From Anaeromyxobacteraceae bacterium (GTDB lineage Bacteria; Myxococcota; Myxococcia; Myxococcales; Anaeromyxobacteraceae), in contig JASGHJ010000002.1 in NCBI GenBank assembly GCA_047602405.1, forward strand, positions 2,112,001-2,176,000: a stretch of 64,000 nucleotides of DNA, written 5' to 3'. Below the pieces are notes generated by a model. It was not told the origin of the DNA, did no database searches, and was given only the letters and a program-made list of their open reading frames with translations. Each line of letters begins with the position of its first letter. Within the stretch, counting starts at the first letter, position 1. A program made the position numbers and the translations under genes. Positions 21,447 through 32,352 of the stretch are shown one piece after another.

Positions 21447-21895
21447 GCGGCCGGGCCGCGCTCGTGGTGCTCACGCTCGCCGCGCTCGCCTGCGAGCGCG
21501 AGCGGCGCGACCCCGACCTGCCGGCGTCCGGTGGCCCGGCGCGCCCGCAGGGCGTCGCCTACGAGCTGTCGGAGGGGAAGCGGCTGTACGCCGCCATGAA
21601 CTGCGTAGGGTGCCACCAGCACGGCGGCGGCGGGATGGGCCCCGCGCTCATGGACGACCTGTGGCTGTACGGGTCGGAGCCGGACGAGGTCTACCGGAGC
21701 ATCGTCGAGGGCCGGCCCCGCGGGATGCCCGCCTTCGGCAGCCGCCTCACCGAGCGGCAGCGCCGCCAGCTGGTCGCCTACGTCCGGTCCCTCGCCGGGC
21801 TCTCTCCCAAGGACGCCGCCCCGCAGCGCGGCGATCACCTGAGCACCTCGCCGCCGGAGGCCTCCCGCCCTGCCGCGCCCGGAGGCCCGCGATGA
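21443..21895 (+). CDS. Cytochrome c lipoprotein (XoxG-like electron acceptor)
   Basis: Lipobox ALAC; NCVGCH..GGGGMGPAL..GMPAFG. Confidence 0.88.
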   Translation: MSGRAALVVLTLAALACERERRDPDLPASGGPARPQGVAYELSEGKRLYAAMNCVGCHQHGGGGMGPALMDDLWLYGSEPDEVYRSIVEGRPRGMPAFGSRLTERQRRQLVAYVRSLAGLSPKDAAPQRGDHLSTSPPEASRPAAPGGPR

Positions 21896-22854
21896 GCTTC
21901 CCCCAGTCCACCCTCGCGCCGGCCGGCCCGCAGGCCCAGCAGATCGCCGACCTCGGGTGGACCTTCTTCGCGGTCTGCGCCGTGGTCTGGGTGGCGGTCC
22001 TCGCGACGCTCGCCTGGGGCATCTTCCGTCGCCGCGCGGGCGCCGACCCCGGGCCGGTGGTGGACCCGGGGCCCCGCGCCGAGGCCCGCACCACCCGCGT
22101 CGTCGCCGGGCTCGTCGGGGCGACGGCGGTGACGCTCATCGTGCTCGTCGGGCTCTCGACCCGCACCGGCAACGCGCTCGCCGGGCTCGGCCTCGCCGCG
22201 CCGCTCACCGTGGAGGTCACGGGGCACCAGTGGTGGTGGGAGCTCCGCTACGTCGCCCCCGTGCCGAGCCAGACGTTCACGACCGCGAACGAGCTCCACC
22301 TCCCCGCGGGCATCCCCGTGAGGCTCGTGCTCCGGTCTCGCGACGTGATCCACTCCCTGTGGATCCCCGCGCTGCACGGCAAGAAGGACCTCGTGCCCGG
22401 CCGCGACGGCGAGCTCACGCTCGTCGCGGCGCAGCCCGGGATCTACCGCGGGCAGTGCGCCGAGTTCTGCGGCGTCGCCCACGCCGAGATGGCGATCCGG
22501 GTGGTGGTCGAGCCCCGGGAGGACTTCGACCGATGGCGCGCGGCGCAGCGCCTCCCCGCCCTCGAGCCCGCCACCGCGGAGGCCCACCGCGGCAAGGACG
22601 TCTTCCTGCGCGGCGCCTGCGCCACCTGTCACCGGATCGCCGGCACGCCCGCCGGCGCGACCCTCGGGCCCGACCTCACGCACCTCGCCGGGCGGCGGAG
22701 CCTCGGCGCCGGCACCCTGCCCAACACCCGCGGCCACCTCGCCGGCTGGATCGCGAACGCCCAGGCGGTGAAGCCCGGCAACCACATGCCACCGCAGCCG
22801 CTCGAGCCCGCCGACCTGCAGGCGCTGCTCGCCTTCCTGGAGGGGCTGAAGTGA
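21892..22854 (+). CDS. coxB: Cytochrome c oxidase subunit II with fused cytochrome c (caa3-type)
   Basis: GHQWWW, DVIHSLW, CuA motif CAEFCGVAHAEM, C-terminal CATCH. Confidence 0.93.
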   Translation: MSFPQSTLAPAGPQAQQIADLGWTFFAVCAVVWVAVLATLAWGIFRRRAGADPGPVVDPGPRAEARTTRVVAGLVGATAVTLIVLVGLSTRTGNALAGLGLAAPLTVEVTGHQWWWELRYVAPVPSQTFTTANELHLPAGIPVRLVLRSRDVIHSLWIPALHGKKDLVPGRDGELTLVAAQPGIYRGQCAEFCGVAHAEMAIRVVVEPREDFDRWRAAQRLPALEPATAEAHRGKDVFLRGACATCHRIAGTPAGATLGPDLTHLAGRRSLGAGTLPNTRGHLAGWIANAQAVKPGNHMPPQPLEPADLQALLAFLEGLK

Positions 22855-24770
22855 CCCCCGACCCCGGCACCCCGCGCCTCCCGGCGCCGACCGAGACCGA
22901 CGAGCCGGCGCTCCGCGCGACCTGGGGCAGCGGCCGTGGCGTCGTCGCGTGGCTCACCGAGGTGAACCACAAGGCCATCGGCAAGCGCTTCGTGGTCACC
23001 GCGTTCGTCTTCTTCGTCCTCGGCGGGCTCGAGGCCCTGGCCATGCGCCTCCAGCTCGCGCGGCCTGAGAGCCAGCTCGTCACGCCCGATCGCTACGATC
23101 AGCTCTTCACGATGCACGGCTCCACGATGATGTTCCTGTTCGCGGTGCCGGTCATGGAGGGCCTCGGGGTCTACCTCGTGCCGCTCATGGTGGGCGCGCG
23201 GAACATGGCCTTCCCGCGCCTGTCGGCCTACTCCTACTGGACCTTCCTCACCGGCGGCCTGCTCCTCTACGTGGGCTTCGTGCTCGGCATGGGTCCGGAC
23301 GCCGGCTGGTTCGCGTACGTGCCGCTCTCCGGTCCGGCCTACTCGCCGGGGAAGCGCGTCGACGTCTGGGCGCAGATGGTGACCTTCACCGAGCTCTCCG
23401 CCCTCGCGGGCGCGGTGAACGTCATCGCCACCATCCTCAAGCACCGCGCCCCGGGGATGACGCTCTCGCGGCTGCCGCTCTTCGTCTGGGCACAGCTCGT
23501 GAAGGCCTTCATGGTCCTGTTCGCCATGCCGGCGGTGATGCTCTCGAGCCTGATGCTCGCGATGGATCGGCTCGTCGGCACCCACTTCTTCAACCCGGCC
23601 GAGGGCGGCGACGCCCTGCTCTGGCAGCACCTGTTCTGGTTCTTCGGGCACCCCGAGGTCTACATCATCTTCATCCCGGCGACCGGCATGGTCTCGGCCA
23701 TCCTGCCGGTCTTCGTGCGCCGCGAGGTGTTCGGCTACGCGGCGATGGTCCTCTCGCTCGTCGCGATCGGGTTCATCAGCTTCGGCCTGTGGGTCCACCA
23801 CATGTTCGCGGCGCCCCTGCCCGAGATGGGCCAGGCCTTCTTCACCGCCGCGAGCCTCGTCATCGCCGTCCCGAACGGCATCCAGATCTTCTGCTGGCTC
23901 GCGACGCTCGTCCGCGGGCGCCCGCGCTGGCGGGCGCCGCTGCTGTACGCTTGCGGGTTCGTGGCGGTGTTCACGATCGGCGGGCTCTCCGGCGTGATGC
24001 TCGGCTCGGTGCCGCTCGACGTGCAGGTGCACGACACCTACTTCGTGGTGGCGCACTTCCACTACGTGCTGATCGGCGGCGCGGTCTTCCCGCTGCTCGG
24101 GGCGGTGCACCTGTGGTTCCCGAAGGCGACGGGCCGGATGTACTCCGAGGCGCTCGCGCGGGTGGGCTTCGCGCTCGTGTTCGCCGGGTTCAACCTCACC
24201 TTCTTCCCGATGCACCGGCTCGGGCTCCTGGGCATGCCGCGGCGGGTGTCCACCTACCTCGCCGACATGGGCTGGGGCCCCCTCAACCTCACCGCGACCG
24301 TGGGAGCCTTCGTGCTCGCCCTCGGGGTCCTCGCGGTGGTGGTGAACCTCGTCCGGGCGCTCCGCCGCGGCCCCGTCGCGGGTGACGATCCGTTCGAGGG
24401 CGACTCGCTCGAGTGGGCGACCTCCTCGCCACCGGCCCCGTACAACTTCCAGTTCCTCCCCACGGTCCGGGCCCGGTACGCGCGCTGGACCACCCCTCCG
24501 GACCAGCCGGTCGTGGCGGGGCTCCGCAGCGATTGGCGCGAGGTGCTCGTGACGACGCTCCTCGACGCGGAGCCCGACCACCGCGTCGAGCAGCCCGGGC
24601 CGGCCTGGGCGCCGCTCGTCGCCGCGCTCGCGACCGCCTTCACGTTCATCTACGGCATCTTCTCGCCCTGGGCGGCGGTGTGGGGTGGGGCCGCGGTCCT
24701 GCTCTCGCTCCTCGTCTGGTTCTGGCCCCACGGCGCGGGGAAGTTCGACCTCATGGAGGAGCAGCCGTGA
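22851..24770 (+). CDS. ctaD: Heme-copper oxidase subunit I
   Basis: TMHG, WFFGHPEVYI, WVHHMF, HDTYFVVAHFHYV, GMPRR. Confidence 0.95.
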   Translation: MTPDPGTPRLPAPTETDEPALRATWGSGRGVVAWLTEVNHKAIGKRFVVTAFVFFVLGGLEALAMRLQLARPESQLVTPDRYDQLFTMHGSTMMFLFAVPVMEGLGVYLVPLMVGARNMAFPRLSAYSYWTFLTGGLLLYVGFVLGMGPDAGWFAYVPLSGPAYSPGKRVDVWAQMVTFTELSALAGAVNVIATILKHRAPGMTLSRLPLFVWAQLVKAFMVLFAMPAVMLSSLMLAMDRLVGTHFFNPAEGGDALLWQHLFWFFGHPEVYIIFIPATGMVSAILPVFVRREVFGYAAMVLSLVAIGFISFGLWVHHMFAAPLPEMGQAFFTAASLVIAVPNGIQIFCWLATLVRGRPRWRAPLLYACGFVAVFTIGGLSGVMLGSVPLDVQVHDTYFVVAHFHYVLIGGAVFPLLGAVHLWFPKATGRMYSEALARVGFALVFAGFNLTFFPMHRLGLLGMPRRVSTYLADMGWGPLNLTATVGAFVLALGVLAVVVNLVRALRRGPVAGDDPFEGDSLEWATSSPPAPYNFQFLPTVRARYARWTTPPDQPVVAGLRSDWREVLVTTLLDAEPDHRVEQPGPAWAPLVAALATAFTFIYGIFSPWAAVWGGAAVLLSLLVWFWPHGAGKFDLMEEQP

Positions 24771-25401
24771 CCGCGGAGGCCGGGCGCCCGGTGGTCGACG
24801 TCTCGGCGCTGCCGACCTTCGCGTTCGGGACGCGTGATCCGCTCACCATCGGGATCCTCGGGCTGCTCGCGATCGAGACGACGGTGTTCGCGCTCTCCTG
24901 GGCGAGCGCGCTCTACCTCCGGGGCAACTTCACGCCCTTCCCGCCCACGCCGCTCACGCCCGGCGTCGTCGTCGGGGGCGGCGTCGAGCTCGCGATCCTC
25001 CTCGCCACGATCGTCCCCACCCGGCTCATGAACGACGCCGCCCGGGCGGGCCGGCTCCGCCCGATGCGCAGGGCCATCGGGGCCTCGGTCCTCCTGCAGG
25101 CCTGTGCGCTCACGGTCCGGTGCTGGGTGCTGTCGCAGGTGCCGTTCCGCTGGGACACGCACGCGTGGGGCTCGATTCTGGTGGCTCACGGTGGGCCTCC
25201 AGACCACGCACACCATCTTCGGCCTCGTCGAGGAGGCGACGCTTCTTCGCGCTCCTCTCGAAGGGGCCGGTCCTCGAGAAGCACCGCACCGACGTCGAGA
25301 CGACCGGCCTCTACTGGTACGTCGTCGTGGCGTGGTGGGTCCCCACGTACGCGCTCCTCTACCTCGACCCGCTCCTCCTCGCGCGCGGAGCCGCCCCGTG
25401 A
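24767..25401 (+). CDS. Cytochrome c oxidase subunit III-like (two apparent +1 frameshifts near 25176 and 25240)
   Basis: LLAIETTVF..FRWDTHAWGS|WWLTVGLQTTH|..GLYWYVVVAWW pieces lie in three frames; 635 nt = 633+2. Confidence 0.8.
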
Positions 25402-25769
25402 GCCACCCCGCCGAGCAGGACCGTCCGGTCCGGCGCGTCGACCGGCTCCTGGCCTTCGCGTTCTTCTCGGGCCCCGTCGCCTGGCTCGTGGACCTGCAGG
25501 CGAGCTACGTGCTCGTGGGCTTCGCCTGCCGCCACCTCGTGACGTGGCCGCTGCACCTCCTGACCCTCGTGCTCGTGGCCGTGCCGGCGGCGGGGGCCGC
25601 GGCCGCGTTGCGCGCCCGGGGCCTCGTGCCGGAGGGCGCCGGAGAGGCCCGGGCCGACCGGATCCGCTTCGTCGCGTGGACCGCCCTCGCGATGTGCGCC
25701 CTCTTCGGCCTCCTGGTCCTCGCCATGGGCCTCGCGAAGCTCGTGCACGCGCCATGCGACGTCTTCTGA
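25398..25769 (+). CDS. Small membrane protein of the oxidase cluster
   Basis: Three hydrophobic segments, GPVAWLVDLQASY..AC..PC; GTGA coupling. Confidence 0.7.
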   Translation: MSHPAEQDRPVRRVDRLLAFAFFSGPVAWLVDLQASYVLVGFACRHLVTWPLHLLTLVLVAVPAAGAAAALRARGLVPEGAGEARADRIRFVAWTALAMCALFGLLVLAMGLAKLVHAPCDVF

Positions 25770-27007
25770 GCCTCGCGGTCCTCCTCCCCGCGGTCACCCT
25801 CGCCCACGAGGGCGAGGTCCACGCCGCCGCGGCCCGCACCTCCTCCGCGGTGGAGGGCCTCGCCCTCGCGGTGCTCGCGGCCGCGGGGCTCCTCTACCTC
25901 GCCGGGCTGCGCGCGCGCTGGCGCGCGCGGACCGCGGGGCACACCGCCCTCGCGCTCGAGGGGCTCGCGTACGGCGCCGGGCTCGTCGCCCTCGCGGCGG
26001 CGCTCGCCCCGCCGCTCGACCGGGCCGCCGCGGCGGGCTTCGCCGCGCACATGGCCCAGCACCAGCTGCTGCTCCTCGTCGCGCCGCCGCTCCTCGTCCT
26101 CGGCCGCCCGCACCTCGCCGCGCTCGCCGCGCTGCGGCCTGGCCCCCGGCTGCGCCTCGCGGCGCTGCTCCGGCGCCCCGCGGTCCGCGGCCCCTGGCGC
26201 GTCCTCGCGTCGGCGCCCGGCGCCGCCGCGCTGCACGCCGGGGCGCTCTGGCTCTGGCACGCGCCGGAGGCCTGGGGCCTCGCGCTCGCGCACCCCTGGC
26301 TGCACGGGGTGCAGCACCTCACGTTCTTCGCGACGGCGCTCCTCTTCTGGTGGGCCATGATCCTCGGGCGCTTCGGCCGCGCCGGCTACGGAGCCGCGGT
26401 CGTCTACGTCTTCGCGACCGCCGTCCACACCGGGGCGCTCGGCGCGCTCCTCACCTTCGCGCGGGCGCCCTGGTACCCCGACAACGCCGGCGCCCGCGAC
26501 GCCGCCGCGACGCTCGCCGACCAGCAACTCGGAGGGCTCGTCATGTGGATCCCGTCCGGCCTCTACCTCACGCTCCTCGGGCTCGCGCTGCTCGCGGCCT
26601 GGCTCGGCGACCTCGAGCGCCGGGCCTCCCGGGCGCCGCTCGCGCTGCTCCTCGCGGCCGTCCTCGGCACCGCCGCGGGGTGCACGGGCACCGGGCGCGC
26701 CCAGGACGAGGCCCGGCGGCTGACCGGAGGCGACCCGGAGCGCGGCCGGGCGGCGCTGCGCGGCCGCGGCTGCGTCGCGTGCCACACCGTGCCCGGGGTC
26801 CCTGGCGCCGGGAAGGTCGGGCCGTCACTCCAGGGCCTCGCGACCCGCAGCTACCTCGCCGGTCGCCTGCCGAACACGCCGGGCAACCTCGTCCGCTGGA
26901 TCCGGACGCCGCGGGAGGTGGATCCCCGGACCGCGATGCCGGACCTCGGCGTGGGCGAGGCCGAGGCGCGCGACATCGCGGCCTACCTCTACTCCCTGCG
27001 CGAGTGA
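25754..27007 (+). CDS. CtaG-type (caa3) oxidase assembly protein fused to a cytochrome c domain
   Basis: AHMAQH, LWLWHAP, QHLTFF, DQQLGGLVMWIP, then GCVACH..TAMP. Confidence 0.85.
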   Translation: MRRLLSLAVLLPAVTLAHEGEVHAAAARTSSAVEGLALAVLAAAGLLYLAGLRARWRARTAGHTALALEGLAYGAGLVALAAALAPPLDRAAAAGFAAHMAQHQLLLLVAPPLLVLGRPHLAALAALRPGPRLRLAALLRRPAVRGPWRVLASAPGAAALHAGALWLWHAPEAWGLALAHPWLHGVQHLTFFATALLFWWAMILGRFGRAGYGAAVVYVFATAVHTGALGALLTFARAPWYPDNAGARDAAATLADQQLGGLVMWIPSGLYLTLLGLALLAAWLGDLERRASRAPLALLLAAVLGTAAGCTGTGRAQDEARRLTGGDPERGRAALRGRGCVACHTVPGVPGAGKVGPSLQGLATRSYLAGRLPNTPGNLVRWIRTPREVDPRTAMPDLGVGEAEARDIAAYLYSLRE

Positions 27008-28020
27008 GCCTTCGCGCTGGCCGCGGGCGCGACCGAGACGCCCCAGGGCGACCGGCCCGCCGCCACCCGCCGCAGCACCGCGCCGCTGCCCGCGTCCAGC
27101 ACCGCGACGTCGTCGGAGGGTCCGCCCGCCACGTACAGCTTCTTCCCGTCGGGCGTGACCGCGATGCCCCACGGACGCGCCCCCACGTCGCGGACCGTCC
27201 GCAGCACCGCACGCCGCGCGAGGTCGACGAACGCCACCCCGCCGCCGCGGCCGGTGGCGACGTAGAGGGTCCCGCCGTCCGGCGAGACCGCGAGCCCCAT
27301 CGGGCGCGCCGGCGGCGGGAGCGCGACGTCGCCGAGCGCCTGGCGTGCGCCGGCGTCGATCACCGTGACGGAGCCGCCGTTCTCCGCGCTGACGAGCGCG
27401 AGCCGACCCCCGGGCCCGAAGACGACGGCCCGCGGGCGCGCCCCGGTGCGGATGCGCGCGAGCTCGTGCCGGGACGCGACGTCCAGCACCGCGACGTGGT
27501 CGCCCGCCTCGCTGGTGACCCAGACCGTCTTCCCGTCGGGCGCCGTCGTGACGCCCTCCGGCTCCTCGCCGACCGGCACCGAGCCGAGCGCGCGCCCCCG
27601 GGCGACGTCCACGAAGGTCGCCTCGCCGGTCTCCTCGTTCGAGACCACGAGCACGCCATCCGCGGCGAGGTCGAACGCCTCCGGATCCCGTCCCGCCGCG
27701 ATCGTCCGCAGGAGCCGGCGGGAGGCGAGATCCACCACGGCGATGCCGTCCGCGGCGCGGTCGGCCGCGGCGACGCCCGGGGCGCCGCCGCCCGGCCTCG
27801 ACGGCGGCGAGCCGGACACCGCGACGTACGCGAGCTTCCCGTCCGGCGAGACCCTCACCCCACGCGGCCGCCTCCCGACCGGCACGGTCGCGACGACCGC
27901 GTCCGTGGCGGTGTCGATGAGGGTCACGTCCCCCGAGCCCTCGTTCGTGACGACCGCGAGCGGTGAGGGACTCGGAGCCGCGAGGACGAGCGCGACGACG
28001 AAGGAGAGCAGGAACGACAT
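26989..28020 (-). CDS. YVTN beta-propeller protein (PQQ-catabolism-associated type)
   Basis: Repeats VTNEGSGDVTLID, VGRRPRGV, PDGKTVWVT. Confidence 0.85.
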   Translation of the reverse strand: MSFLLSFVVALVLAAPSPSPLAVVTNEGSGDVTLIDTATDAVVATVPVGRRPRGVRVSPDGKLAYVAVSGSPPSRPGGGAPGVAAADRAADGIAVVDLASRRLLRTIAAGRDPEAFDLAADGVLVVSNEETGEATFVDVARGRALGSVPVGEEPEGVTTAPDGKTVWVTSEAGDHVAVLDVASRHELARIRTGARPRAVVFGPGGRLALVSAENGGSVTVIDAGARQALGDVALPPPARPMGLAVSPDGGTLYVATGRGGGVAFVDLARRAVLRTVRDVGARPWGIAVTPDGKKLYVAGGPSDDVAVLDAGSGAVLRRVAAGRSPWGVSVAPAASAKAHSRRE

Positions 28021-28137
28021 CGCGGGGCCTCCCTGGCAGTCGCAAGGTGGAGGTGGACCGGCCCTGCGGCCAGGCGCCCCCCGGGGTGGCCGTCAGGGGC
28101 CTTCCACCCGACCGGGAAGCCGGGCATCTCTACCGGG

Positions 28138-30183
28138 GTGTTCGTCCCCGTCCTGGTCACCGCGGTCGCGCTGTCGGCCGCTCCCGAGGGCGAGCCGGTC
28201 GAGCCGGCCGTGCTGCCCGAGCAGGTGGTCGTCACGGGCACCCGCTCGCCGCGCCCCACCTCTTCCCTGCCCACCACCGTCGAGGTGCTGGAGGGCGAGG
28301 CCGTGCGGGGCTCCGGGGCCACCACCGCGGACGCGGCCCTGCGCCAGGTGCCCTCGTTCCAGACCTTCCGCCGGTCCTCGAGCCTCGCGGCGGACCCCTC
28401 GTCGCAGGGGCTCGCGCTCCGCGGCGTCGGCCCCTCCGCGGTCTCCCGCGCGCTGCTCCTCGACGACGGGGTCCCCGCGAACGATCCGTTCGGCGGCTGG
28501 GTCGCCTGGCGCTCCGTGCCGCGGCTCGGGCTCGACCGCGTGGAGGTCGCCCCGGGCGGCGCCTCGGCGCTCTACGGGAGCCAGGCGCTCGGCGGCGTGG
28601 TGGCCCTCGTGCCGCGGCCCATTCCCGAGGGCGCCACCCTCGAGGCCGAGTCGTCGGGCGGCGCGCTCGGCACCGCCGCCGGCGCGCTCCTCGGCACGGC
28701 GCGCGCCGGGCCGCTCGGAGTCTCCCTCGAGGGCGATGCGCTCAGGACCGACGGCTACCGGGTGGTCGCGCCGGCGTCGGCGGGGGCCATCGACGGGCGC
28801 GCGGGCGCGGACCACGCGACCGGGACGCTCCGCCTGCGCTGGGACGCGGCGCCGGACCTCGCGGTGACCGCCGGCGCGGGCGCCTTCGCCGAGGACCAGG
28901 ACGGCGGCACCCGCTACACGCGCAGCGCCGCGCGCGCCCTCACCGGCCGGCTCGGCGCGGTGTGGTCCGGCGAGGCCGGCCGGCTCGAGGCGCTCGGGTG
29001 GGTGGCCGGCCGGACCTTCACCCAGGACCGCACGCGCGCGCTCGCCGGGCGCAGCGACGAGGAGCTGGCGGCGCGGCAGCGGGTCCCGTCGCGCGATCTC
29101 GGCGGCTCGCTCGTGCTCGCGCCCTCCACGGGTGGCGGCCACGCGCCCGCGGTCGGGCTGGACGTGCGGCGCGTGTCCGGGGAGGCGGGCGAGGACGTCT
29201 TCCCGGCGGCGGGCGCGCCGTCCACGGCGACCGTCCGACGCGACGCGCGGGGCGCGCAGGTGCTCGCGGGCGTGTTCGCGGAGGACGCGCTGCGGCTCGG
29301 GGAGGCGCTCGAGGTCGCGGCCGCGCTCCGGCTCGACGCCTGGCGCAACGCGCCCGCCACGACCTCGCGCACCGCCGCGGACGGCACGGTCGAGACCACC
29401 CGGCACGCCTCGCGGGCGGACGCGCAGCTCTCCCCGCGGCTCGCGGTGCGCTACCGGCCCCACCCGGCGCTCACGCTGCGCGCCTCGGCCTACCGCGCCT
29501 TCCGGGCGCCGACGCTGAACGAGCTCTACCGGACGTTCCAGGTGGGGACGATCGTCACCGCGCCCGAGCCCGCCCTGCGGGCCGAGACGCTCACCGGCGC
29601 CGAGGCCGGGCCGGAGCTGCGGCTCCCCGGGGCGCTCCGCGCCCGCCTCACCGGCTGGTGGAGCGTGCTCGACGATCCCGCGACCATCGTGACGCTCGCG
29701 GCGCCACTGCCGGACGGCGCGACCCGCCAGCGCGCGAACCTCGGGCGGCTGCGGATCCGCGGGCTCGAGTCCTCGCTCGCGTGGGGCGAGGCGGGGCCGC
29801 TCGCGGCCTCGGTCGCGTACACGCTCGCCGACGCCCGCGTGGTCTCCGCGCCGGGCCACGAGGAGCTCGTGGGCTCGAGGCCGCCGCAGGATCCGGTGCA
29901 CCGCGTGGCGGGGAGCGTCCGCGCGGGGGTGGGCCGCGTGCGCGGGCAGGTCGACGTCGCCTGGAGCTCCGGGCAGTGGGAGGACGACCGGAACACGCTC
30001 AGGATCGCGGGCGCGGCGGTCGTGGACGCGTCCGTGGCCGTGCGGGTGGGCGGCGGAATGGAGCTGTTTGGAGCGGCGGAGAACCTGCTCGACCGCAGGT
30101 ACCTCGTCGGACGCGCGGGGATCGATACGGTGGGGGCGCCGAGGTTGATCCGGGTGGGGTTGAGGATCGTGGCTGGAAGGTGA
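28138..30183 (+). CDS. TonB-dependent receptor
   Basis: TonB box VVVTGTR; plug DGVPANDPFGGW, GGASALYGS..LGGV; FRAPTLNELYR; ENLLDRRY. Confidence 0.9.
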   Translation: MFVPVLVTAVALSAAPEGEPVEPAVLPEQVVVTGTRSPRPTSSLPTTVEVLEGEAVRGSGATTADAALRQVPSFQTFRRSSSLAADPSSQGLALRGVGPSAVSRALLLDDGVPANDPFGGWVAWRSVPRLGLDRVEVAPGGASALYGSQALGGVVALVPRPIPEGATLEAESSGGALGTAAGALLGTARAGPLGVSLEGDALRTDGYRVVAPASAGAIDGRAGADHATGTLRLRWDAAPDLAVTAGAGAFAEDQDGGTRYTRSAARALTGRLGAVWSGEAGRLEALGWVAGRTFTQDRTRALAGRSDEELAARQRVPSRDLGGSLVLAPSTGGGHAPAVGLDVRRVSGEAGEDVFPAAGAPSTATVRRDARGAQVLAGVFAEDALRLGEALEVAAALRLDAWRNAPATTSRTAADGTVETTRHASRADAQLSPRLAVRYRPHPALTLRASAYRAFRAPTLNELYRTFQVGTIVTAPEPALRAETLTGAEAGPELRLPGALRARLTGWWSVLDDPATIVTLAAPLPDGATRQRANLGRLRIRGLESSLAWGEAGPLAASVAYTLADARVVSAPGHEELVGSRPPQDPVHRVAGSVRAGVGRVRGQVDVAWSSGQWEDDRNTLRIAGAAVVDASVAVRVGGGMELFGAAENLLDRRYLVGRAGIDTVGAPRLIRVGLRIVAGR

Positions 30184-30190
30184 AATGAAT

Positions 30191-30220
30191 CGGGCCGTGC
30201 TCGACGAGCACGGCCCGTTT
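30191..30220 (+). terminator. Stem-loop terminator after the receptor gene
   Basis: CGGGCCGTGCTC-GAC-GAGCACGGCCCG followed by TTT. Confidence 0.7.
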
Positions 30221-30241
30221 CACCCAAACTCCCCCACAGGC

Positions 30242-30266
30242 GTCACGCCTCCTTCGGAGGCGTGAC
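30242..30266 (-). terminator. Stem-loop just downstream of the M2 peptidase gene
   Basis: GTCACGCCTCC-TTC-GGAGGCGTGAC, 11-bp perfect stem. Confidence 0.55.
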
Positions 30267-30269
30267 AGC

Positions 30270-32120
<1,851 letters not shown>

Positions 32121-32172
32121 GGGCCCGGCATCCTAGCCCCGGCCCGGCCCCCCGGCCAGCGTGCGGGCGAGC

Positions 32173-32352
32173 CTAAGAGCTGTCCCATAAGTCCCGCTTG
32201 AGGTTGTGAAGGACGGAGACAGCGGCCACGGTGTCCGCGAGGTAGCGGCCGCGTCGGCGGTGCGGGAAGCATGCGCCGGAGCGAGCGAGGTCGCGCCAGG
32301 GGAGGGCCGCGAGGACGAGCAGTCGGTGAGACGAGATGAGGTATGCAGGCAC
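32173..32352 (-). pseudogene. Internally deleted IS5-family (DDE_Tnp_4-like) transposase remnant, 59 codons
   Basis: Manual translation VPAYLISSHRLLVLAALPWRDLARSGACFPHRRRGRYLADTVAAVSVLHNLKRDLWDSS*; RRRG..LHNL resembles IS5/ISL2-type C-termini; ends in the left TIR. Confidence 0.6.
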
